A DNA stretch of 31,032 nt, from positions 1 to 31,032 of IMG/VR virus record IMGVR_UViG_3300044723_002287; one strand, given 5' to 3'. Shown here in pieces: positions 24,561 to 31,032 of the stretch (its first letter is position 1; the number at the start of each line of letters is the position of its first letter). The notes below the pieces were generated by a model, which saw nothing but the letters and a program-made list of their open reading frames with translations, was not told the DNA's origin and made no database searches. This stretch comes from a virus (Duplodnaviria > Caudoviricetes). The translations under genes and the position numbers were made by a program.

Positions 24561-26212
24561 TGTCGCTGTGCCCGTGCTTCGTTCAGATAGGCCACCGACT
24601 CATTGCGGCGGCTCTGGCTGATGAGGTTTTGTTGTTCGGCAATGGCGTTGGCTTGTACCAGCTCCTGCTGTTGGGCCTGCTGCTCTTCTGCCGCACGTTG
24701 TTCAGCTTCCAACTCTTCGCCACTCTTGAATACGCTGGGGCTGACTTTCAGTATCTCTGCCGCCAACTCCGCTACCCGCCCTGTCTGGAATCGTTGAATG
24801 ACCGTGGGGTCCAGTTGCGCAAAAGGCACCAAAAACTGAATCAACTGACTGATGGAAGCCAACTCGCCAGAGCGCATCGCAATCGCCACTGGGTTGGAAT
24901 ACGCCACCTTGAAGTCAGCATCCAACAAGACCTGTGGTGGCGGTGGAAGCATCCCAGAGCGCAGCATTACCGATAGGGTGCGAATGACCAAGGGCCCCAG
25001 CATTTCGGCCTCCTGACGACTCACAATCGGGCCTAGAATCGAAAGCCTATCTCGCTGCCGTGCCGCAATCTCTGTTGCGCTGAAGCGCAGTACATCGCCA
25101 TCGGCTGCCGTGGGGCCTGGTAACTCTAGTAAATCTAAAAAGAAGGTGCGGTCAATCGCAGCGCGTACCTGCCCAATCTTTGCTTCGTTGAGGTCTACCC
25201 GTCCGCCGGTCTGCAAAGGCGCAATCCGGTCCTGTGGTCCCAAGCCTGCGCGGTAGTAGTTCAGCCCACCAGGGGTGGTTCTGATTGGCGACAGGAAGCC
25301 ATCGTCCGGTACCAACAACGGCGGGTCTACGACTTTTTGCAGGGCAATCAAGCCGACACGCTCCATCTCGTTAATCATTCGCACATCAGGCAGCGCTTCT
25401 ACCCCAGGGCCTCGCCCATAAACTTCCATCGAATTCTTTTGCCAGCGGCTGACAATGTAGGGCATCTCTTCAAAGCCCCCCTCCTGCACCACCTTGCGGC
25501 TCTCCGGGTGGATGTAGATCGACAGGAAGGGCTTCTGCTTGGCAGTCTTGCCCGGTGCGTTCAAACGGGGGCGGACTACATGCAACAACTCAAAGCGCTG
25601 GAACGGCTCCTTGTCGGCAGCCTTGATGATCTCATCGGGGAGCTTGTTGCCAAACTGGCGGTAGAGACTTCTGGCGGTGTCATCGAAGCGCCGATAGACG
25701 CTGTCCACCATGCCCGTCTTGTTTTCAGCAATGTAGGTGTGGCCCAGAAAGTACGACTTGAACACAGGCCCCATGCCCGGCTCCTGTGTCACATACATGC
25801 ACCCCGTGCCAAAGGCCAACAGGTCCAGGTAGAACTCATGGGCGCTTTGGTGAAAGCCACTGCGGGGAGCATTGAAGATCCCGTTGCAGCGGCGGGTGGC
25901 GTCTTCCAGCCAGAGCTGCACCTGCCGGTTTTTCATTAAGTCGCGGTCTTCGGTTTCCAGGGCAAACCAAGGGACGGTAGAACTGGTCAGCGTGTTGTGC
26001 AACCCGGAGGCTGCGCGGACTAAAGCGCGAACGGCAGAACTTTCGTAGATCCGGTCACGCCGCTGCTCCCCCGGTGCGCGGTAGCGGTTGGTGAAGTCGG
26101 CACGCCTTGGGATCATCAGCTCGGCAATGTCCTGCCACATGTTTTCCCAGTTGCCGCGCTCTCCCTTGAGCGCTTCGTATTCCTGCACCAGTGTGCTGGC
26201 TAGTTCGCTCAT
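24557..26212 (-). CDS. Portal (head-tail connector, T7 gp8-like)
   Basis: 551 aa; R..WE..WQ.IAE...P, L.AFGTG, PY.V.RW.K...EVYGRGP..EALPD and SATEI..R motifs. Confidence 0.95.
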   Translation of the reverse strand: MSELASTLVQEYEALKGERGNWENMWQDIAELMIPRRADFTNRYRAPGEQRRDRIYESSAVRALVRAASGLHNTLTSSTVPWFALETEDRDLMKNRQVQLWLEDATRRCNGIFNAPRSGFHQSAHEFYLDLLAFGTGCMYVTQEPGMGPVFKSYFLGHTYIAENKTGMVDSVYRRFDDTARSLYRQFGNKLPDEIIKAADKEPFQRFELLHVVRPRLNAPGKTAKQKPFLSIYIHPESRKVVQEGGFEEMPYIVSRWQKNSMEVYGRGPGVEALPDVRMINEMERVGLIALQKVVDPPLLVPDDGFLSPIRTTPGGLNYYRAGLGPQDRIAPLQTGGRVDLNEAKIGQVRAAIDRTFFLDLLELPGPTAADGDVLRFSATEIAARQRDRLSILGPIVSRQEAEMLGPLVIRTLSVMLRSGMLPPPPQVLLDADFKVAYSNPVAIAMRSGELASISQLIQFLVPFAQLDPTVIQRFQTGRVAELAAEILKVSPSVFKSGEELEAEQRAAEEQQAQQQELVQANAIAEQQNLISQSRRNESVAYLNEARAQRQ

Positions 26213-27294
26213 ACGGCATACCTGCGGCGGCTGGTCGTATCGCCTGGGCCTCCTAGAATGGTCTTTTCACGGCCATAGCGGTTGGTCAGCAGGCGGCGGA
26301 TGCGGCGTAGACGCTCCTCTTCGGACATCTGAGAGCCCTTGCCTGTGGCGGTTTCCAGATCACTGTAGACCTTATCATCGCCTAGATTCGGGGTGTTGGC
26401 GTCTAGTTGCGCACCACCACCACCACCACTACTACCGCTGCCTGCAGAACCGTAAGGGCTTAACGCGGAAAGGGTGGCAGGGATCCCTTCTAGCGCCTTG
26501 CCTGTTTCCAAAAGCGTTGTACCCACAAGCTCATTGGCGTTGTCCAATAACTCGTTAAAGTCACGGGCGTAGTCGATCTTGGTCAAATCCATGACTGGCT
26601 TTGCTACAGAAAGCCCAATCTGTGCGGCAGTTTCAACGGTCTTGATCGGTACCTGGGCAGCCTGCTTGACTACCGTTTCTGCAACCTTCGGTACATCAAT
26701 CTTGGCAATCTCCTGTGCCGCCTTGACGGGTTGCTGAACTACCTGTGTAGCCGCTTTGACTACTGGCTCTGCCGCCTTTACTACCGTCTCGACAGCCTTG
26801 ACGGGCGCTAGTATCGTTTCCTTCGCTACCGACTCCACCACCTTTGGTGCGTCAATCTTTGTGATCTGTTCTACCGCCTTGACCGGAGCCTTCACCGTTT
26901 CTACGGCAGCTTCTACCACAGGCGTGACTGCCTGAACCGCTGTCTGGGCTACCTGCTCTACGGGTTTGGCTACCTCTTCTACTGCTTTGACTGCAGGGGC
27001 TGTTACTGTTTCTACAGCTTTTTGTGCTGTGTTCGTGATCGCTGAAGTATCTGGAATCTTGATCGGGCTTGTAATGTTGATTTCTGGGACTTTGAACCCA
27101 CCACCGATTCCACCATAACTCGGCATGTTGAATACCGGAGTAGTAACCGGTATCCCTTTGCCACCAGAAGAGCCACCGGTGTTGCCGGTTGCTTGATTAA
27201 TAGCACTGTCTGCCGCTTTCTGCACGCCCTTGATCGCCTTGTCTGCTTCTTTTTGTGCCCCTTTAATGATGTCTCCTGCTGTTCCACCACACAT
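26209..27294 (-). CDS. Low-complexity Val/Ala/Lys/Pro repeat protein
   Basis: 361 aa; MCGG start, repeated PVKAVE/DxPKVxE units and C-terminal R.GR..TIL.G motif. Confidence 0.75.
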   Translation of the reverse strand: MCGGTAGDIIKGAQKEADKAIKGVQKAADSAINQATGNTGGSSGGKGIPVTTPVFNMPSYGGIGGGFKVPEINITSPIKIPDTSAITNTAQKAVETVTAPAVKAVEEVAKPVEQVAQTAVQAVTPVVEAAVETVKAPVKAVEQITKIDAPKVVESVAKETILAPVKAVETVVKAAEPVVKAATQVVQQPVKAAQEIAKIDVPKVAETVVKQAAQVPIKTVETAAQIGLSVAKPVMDLTKIDYARDFNELLDNANELVGTTLLETGKALEGIPATLSALSPYGSAGSGSSGGGGGAQLDANTPNLGDDKVYSDLETATGKGSQMSEEERLRRIRRLLTNRYGREKTILGGPGDTTSRRRYAV

Positions 27295-27295
27295 A

Positions 27296-27736
27296 TCAGA
27301 CTCCTATAAAAAATTGTGAACCCACTTGCTGACCACCTTGTCGCTTCAAAAATTTGTGTACCCGTTCAAAGTCCGCTTCGCTCTTGCGGAACGTTCCATA
27401 GTAAAAAGGGACTTTGGCCTCCTTGGCAATGTGCTTCGATACTTTGTATAAATCAAAAGCAGTACGGGTCTTGCGGTGTTCTGGGTTGACGTAACAATAG
27501 TATTCGTAGAGCGCTACGTCCTTGGTGTACCAGTGGCTTTCGACTCTGAGGCCCATGTGCCCCAACAGGTGTGTGCCGTCGGTCGCTTTCAGGACCACAT
27601 GATGCTCAATACTGTCCGATAGAAAGGCCACACACTTGGCCTCATCCATCTTGCCAAAGGGTGCCATCTCGGTGTACATGTTGCGCAGATCCGCCATCAG
27701 AGCATCCACATCGGCAAGGGTACACTTTTCAATCAT
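27296..27736 (-). CDS. GNAT-fold (acetyltransferase-like) phage protein
   Basis: YVNPEHRKTRTAFDL motif-A-like segment; 146 aa. Confidence 0.7.
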   Translation of the reverse strand: MIEKCTLADVDALMADLRNMYTEMAPFGKMDEAKCVAFLSDSIEHHVVLKATDGTHLLGHMGLRVESHWYTKDVALYEYYCYVNPEHRKTRTAFDLYKVSKHIAKEAKVPFYYGTFRKSEADFERVHKFLKRQGGQQVGSQFFIGV

Positions 27737-28197
27737 CGAACCGAACCGGCCCTCCTGGTGCCACGGGTCAGGATGGAAGTGCCACTGCGCTCACGGACCT
27801 GACGCTTCGGCGCTTCCCGGTCAATCTGTAGGGATCGTTGCAGCTCCGGTAACTCGCCTTCAATTTCCTGCAAGCGTGTAGAGGCTCCCGCCATTGTCGC
27901 CTGCAGCTCCTGAAGCTGTGGCTCATACTGCCGGTAGTTGGTCTGCAACTGGCTGTACTGAGCGCTCAAGGCGTTGTAGCTGTCAAGGTTGGCCTGGGTC
28001 TTGTTCGCCTGAAAAGCATCATAGGCGGCTTGTACAGTATCCTGAAAGGCCACCGCCTGGTCATAGGCGGTCTGGTAGTCCGGGTAGAGTTTCTGATAAG
28101 CTTCCTGTGCAGAGCGTCCCGATTCCTGCAGTTGCTGAAACTCACGCTGACGCTGGCCTAGCAAGGCTCTGGGGTTGAAGTCAATTGATCGGGCCAT
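27733..28197 (-). CDS. Gln-rich coiled-coil hypothetical protein
   Basis: Heptad Q/A/Y-rich ORF with C-terminal R.G.SILT motif; start placed at ATG 28197. Confidence 0.65.
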   Translation of the reverse strand: MARSIDFNPRALLGQRQREFQQLQESGRSAQEAYQKLYPDYQTAYDQAVAFQDTVQAAYDAFQANKTQANLDSYNALSAQYSQLQTNYRQYEPQLQELQATMAGASTRLQEIEGELPELQRSLQIDREAPKRQVRERSGTSILTRGTRRAGSVR

Positions 28198-29695
28198 AGC
28201 TTTCCGGGGTGGGGTGTTTGACCCAGAAGTCAAAGGGGTCGAAGGTGCCGTCTGAGAGACTGCCCACGGCTACAGAAGGTCTGGGCTGGAAACTGTTTGT
28301 GATGGCGTATCTGAGGCTTTGTGCGGCATATCGGGTGGCACTCATCAAGTCATCAACCTTGCGTACAATCTTGCCGTCCTTCCTGTGGTACATCCGAAAC
28401 TCCTGGAACCAGGTGTCGAGATGATTGAAGACCTTGAAGCGCCCCGTCTGCATCCGCGTCAGTAACGCCATGATCCCCGGCTCCACCGCAATCCCGCCTT
28501 CCGGGTTCGTGAAGTGGCTTCCTAGAAAGCGAATCCCTGCCCGCCGGTATTGAGTTGCTAGCGCTTCGCCAGAACCTTTGTCGTGGATACTGCCGTCATG
28601 CGGCCAGGCTACCGGAATCCAGGGGCCTCTATGCTTGATCGCTTCGGCGTGCTGCAACATCCCAGAGCCCTTCTCCCGATAGGCGTCATACAAGTACACC
28701 GTGTCGGTGTCCCGGTCATGAGCCAGCCAGACACAGGCCGTGGGGTGGTCAAAGCCAAAATCAATTCCCGCAATCCGCGCCCAATGCTCTGGAATCGGAA
28801 AGGCCGGGCAACTGATGTTGTCTTCCGGTACCGGGAACACTTGCCCTGAACCTAACATCGGGATGCCCTTGGAGCGCATCAACCGCTCATGCGGCGGCAA
28901 CGCTGCCAGGATCTCTTCGCGTACCTCCAGACTCAGGTGGGGCGCATCATCCCAGGTCGCCTGAATCAACGACTGACCGCCCTTGCGCTCGTTTAAAAAC
29001 ATGCCCACTACGCCGGTCACGCCATTCTCTGGCGTAAAGGTCAATGCTACCGGACCTCCGGACTTCAACGTACTACGCAGCGCCTGGCTATAAATCTCCT
29101 GGGGTGGCTCCTCATCCAGCCAGACATAGTCCACTGCTACCCCCATCCAGGCCGCTGGACCTGAATCATAACTCTTGAACTGCAAACGGCTGTTGCGACC
29201 ACTGACATGCTTAATCAGCGCAAAGCCAATCGCATTCGGTACGCCAGGGTTGCGCTCTGTCTTGATAATCAAGTCCCGTGGGATTGCACCGGTCCCAAAA
29301 GCATCAGGATCTCCTGACTCGCCCAACAGCTCCGCCTGCACGATGTCGCGGGTGGCGTAGTGGCTCTTGCCTGCACACCAGGCCTGAATCGGCCTCTCAA
29401 AGCGCACACCCTTCCACCAGTCCGGGTAAATCCCCGTCAGGTGGTAGGCCACCTCCATTGCCCCTGAGTAGGTCTTGCCCGTCTTGTTGCCTGCCATCAA
29501 ACAACGCTGCCGCGCCCGGTTGCCCTGATCGTCCAAGGCTTCATGGAAGCGTAACTGAAACGGGTAGGGCTCATAGAAGTCAAAGGCCCTGGTGCGCCGT
29601 GTCTCTTCGTACAAGTCCCGTAACTTCAGAACCTCATCAACCTCTTCCAGCCATTGCTGCTGAACGTAGGCGTCCGCCTCTTCGTTGCGTGTCAT
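28181..29695 (-). CDS. terL: Terminase large subunit
   Basis: Walker A AGNKTGKT, Walker B VWLDEEP, TFTPENG coupling motif, nuclease GIDFGFDHPTA and DDLMSATRYA. Confidence 0.96.
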   Translation of the reverse strand: MTRNEEADAYVQQQWLEEVDEVLKLRDLYEETRRTRAFDFYEPYPFQLRFHEALDDQGNRARQRCLMAGNKTGKTYSGAMEVAYHLTGIYPDWWKGVRFERPIQAWCAGKSHYATRDIVQAELLGESGDPDAFGTGAIPRDLIIKTERNPGVPNAIGFALIKHVSGRNSRLQFKSYDSGPAAWMGVAVDYVWLDEEPPQEIYSQALRSTLKSGGPVALTFTPENGVTGVVGMFLNERKGGQSLIQATWDDAPHLSLEVREEILAALPPHERLMRSKGIPMLGSGQVFPVPEDNISCPAFPIPEHWARIAGIDFGFDHPTACVWLAHDRDTDTVYLYDAYREKGSGMLQHAEAIKHRGPWIPVAWPHDGSIHDKGSGEALATQYRRAGIRFLGSHFTNPEGGIAVEPGIMALLTRMQTGRFKVFNHLDTWFQEFRMYHRKDGKIVRKVDDLMSATRYAAQSLRYAITNSFQPRPSVAVGSLSDGTFDPFDFWVKHPTPESYGPIN

Positions 29696-29805
29696 TTCTT
29701 TTTGGTGGGCCCGTACTTCTTGAGACAGCGCCCTGCGGCCTTACACTTGCCCGGTGACGGGCACTTCGCACAAACCTTGAACGGCTTCTTGGTCATTCCT
29801 GGCAT
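29692..29805 (-). CDS. Basic Cys4 microprotein (37 aa; not in ORF track)
   Basis: MPGMTKKPFKVCAKCPSPGKCKAAGRCLKKYGPTKKK; coupled on both sides (TGATG upstream, ATGA with terL). Confidence 0.65.
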   Translation of the reverse strand: MPGMTKKPFKVCAKCPSPGKCKAAGRCLKKYGPTKKK

Positions 29806-29972
29806 CACTTCCCCTTTCGCTTGGTACGTTTGGCAGTTTTGGCACTTTCCCTAAAGGCTTTCGCTGTCGGTGCCCCCTTCGTTCCCGGTTTGCGCATACG
29901 CTCCTTGGAGCCTGCTTTGATTCGCTTCCGCTTGGCGTGTATATTCGCGTACAAGCCCTTCTTTTTCTGCAT
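29805..29972 (-). CDS. Highly basic microprotein (55 aa; not in ORF track)
   Basis: MQKKKGLYANIHAKRKRIKAGSKERMRKPGTKGAPTAKAFRESAKTAKRTKRKGK; AAGGAG 7 nt upstream. The GLYANIHAKR motif is recalled from other phages. Confidence 0.75.
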   Translation of the reverse strand: MQKKKGLYANIHAKRKRIKAGSKERMRKPGTKGAPTAKAFRESAKTAKRTKRKGK

Positions 29973-30168
29973 CCAACAACTCCTTGTGGCGTTTGTCTGA
30001 TAAGGCCCAGCGCTCCTTCCTGTCCGCTAAGAGCGCATCGCGTAACGTCTCCTGGATACTATGGCGGTACCAGGCCGGGATACTCGCGCTTGGGGCAATC
30101 ATCCCCTGGTTCGCTGCCAGCTCCCGCAACAGAAAATCAATCTCCAGAGGGCTCAGGTTCACAATCAT
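29851..30168 (-). CDS. Hypothetical protein
   Basis: 105 aa ORF whose last 122 nt overlap the basic microprotein in another frame. Confidence 0.45.
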   Translation of the reverse strand: MIVNLSPLEIDFLLRELAANQGMIAPSASIPAWYRHSIQETLRDALLADRKERWALSDKRHKELLDAEKEGLVREYTRQAEANQSRLQGAYAQTGNEGGTDSESL

Positions 30169-30362
30169 CGCTCAAGCCCCAAAAGGTTTGGAAGCGCAGC
30201 TTGGGTGAGACTCCTAAGATCCACCCTATCGCTTTGACTCATAGGCTCCTTCGCTCTGCGTGGAGTAGTGGCACCAACATGGTGTGGCGAACCCGATAGC
30301 GTCGGGCATTCCCTCAGAAAGTTTACTCGCCAAACCTAATCGCCGTGACGCTTCCAAAATCG

Positions 30363-30569
30363 TTAGCCCTTCCTTAGTTTGCCGCTCATCGCCATTTCGT
30401 GACGGTGAGTTTCTAGCAAGATGATTAACTCATTCTTTCTTTGAATCTCTTCACGCAAAGACTGTATATGGCTTTGTGCCGCACGCTCTTCACGCTGTCT
30501 AGCTTCGCGTAAAAGTTCCAACGCTTTTAACTCCAATGCCTGTGCCGTGTTTGTATCGCTTGTAGCCAT
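30363..30569 (-). CDS. Small coiled-coil hypothetical protein
   Basis: ATG 30569 coupled (TGATG) to the upstream stop; heptad pattern. Confidence 0.55.
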   Translation of the reverse strand: MATSDTNTAQALELKALELLREARQREERAAQSHIQSLREEIQRKNELIILLETHRHEMAMSGKLRKG

Positions 30570-30823
30570 CAACAGCCCCACATTCGGCGGGACCAGTAGT
30601 TCGCACTCGTTCTGTCTTTCGTGCCCTTGATGCCGCCAGAACGCGCACAGTAGCTCTTCTTGCGACTAGGCTGATCCTTCTTGATCGACATCTTCGGATC
30701 GCCAAACGCTACCCGCACCACGCGGCCAGCATCGTTCTTGACAAAGACCTCAAACTTCTTGCGCCCACCCGGTGTGCGCCGAGGCTTGTTCAGCGTTACT
30801 TTTTTGCCTCTGTATTCAGCCAT
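30569..30823 (-). CDS. Conserved basic phage protein
   Basis: KP.RTPG..KKF.V.V...V.FGDPKM.IKK..P.RKKSYCAR...SANYWSR..W motif; GGAG RBS. Confidence 0.8.
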   Translation of the reverse strand: MAEYRGKKVTLNKPRRTPGGRKKFEVFVKNDAGRVVRVAFGDPKMSIKKDQPSRKKSYCARSGGIKGTKDRTSANYWSRRMWGC

Positions 30824-31032
30824 CCGTCTCCAGGTGTCGTATCAGCTCGTAAGCTACTTGTGGCACAATCGCGTTACCTAGTCCTTTAAGTCGGTCCACC
30901 CGATTGGGTATCCCATCAGCCACTCGACCCACTGCGGGTTCAGTTTCCCAGTAGGACGATCCGATTCTTTCGTGGCGGCACAGAGGTACTTCCTGTCCAG
31001 CATATGCTGGTGACTCTTCGACCCCACTGGAC
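30816..31032 (-). CDS. C5 cytosine DNA methyltransferase, C-terminal end with motif X (partial)
   Basis: Hand translation: ...YWETEPAVGRVADGIPNRVDRLKGLGNAIVPQVAYELIRHLETDG*; open to the right edge. Confidence 0.8.
   Translation of the reverse strand, partial: SSGVEESPAYAGQEVPLCRHERIGSSYWETEPAVGRVADGIPNRVDRLKGLGNAIVPQVAYELIRHLETDG
30878..31032 (-). CDS. Overlapping alternative-frame peptide carrying a C5-MTase motif IX-like segment (partial)
   Basis: Hand translation: ...PVGSKSHQHMLDRKYLCAATKESDRPTGKLNPQWVEWLMGYPIGWTDLKD*; open to the right edge. Confidence 0.7.
   Translation of the reverse strand, partial: PVGSKSHQHMLDRKYLCAATKESDRPTGKLNPQWVEWLMGYPIGWTDLKD

Noticed and set aside
9329-30299. 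Numerous plus-strand ORFs of 60-200 aa in the structural region
   Set aside because: They are antisense shadows of well-supported minus-strand genes, with no recognisable motifs.

Overview
Most of the genome of a temperate, short-tailed (T7-/BPP-1-like virion module) bacteriophage, apparently in the non-integrated state: an intact attP (3' half of a CAT-anticodon tRNA flanked by repeated arm-type motifs) sits between the tyrosine integrase and the lysis genes, with phage genes on both sides. Left to right: early operon (SSB, nuclease-fold protein, Zn-finger repeat protein, small ORFs, Cro-like), CI-like repressor, integrase, attP, lysis cassette (M15 peptidase, holin-like), then a diversity-generating retroelement (DGR), tail fibre, ejection proteins, tail tube A/B, capsid, scaffold, portal, terminase, basic microproteins and the 3' end of a C5 DNA methyltransferase. 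The DGR consists of an Mtd-like target with VR 8083-8197, TR 7909-8023 and an RT; 23 of 24 TR/VR mismatches are at TR adenines. The most unusual points are these. The DGR has no avd gene in the cassette. Its RT is fused in frame to a 100-aa C-terminal module with its own Shine-Dalgarno site and ATG. The mutagenesis is strongly A-to-G skewed. The methyltransferase end appears to be dual-coded in two frames. Several structured intergenic elements and a duplicated perfect palindrome lie in the early operon. All alignments and counts were done by hand, and family assignments come from recalled motifs, not database searches.
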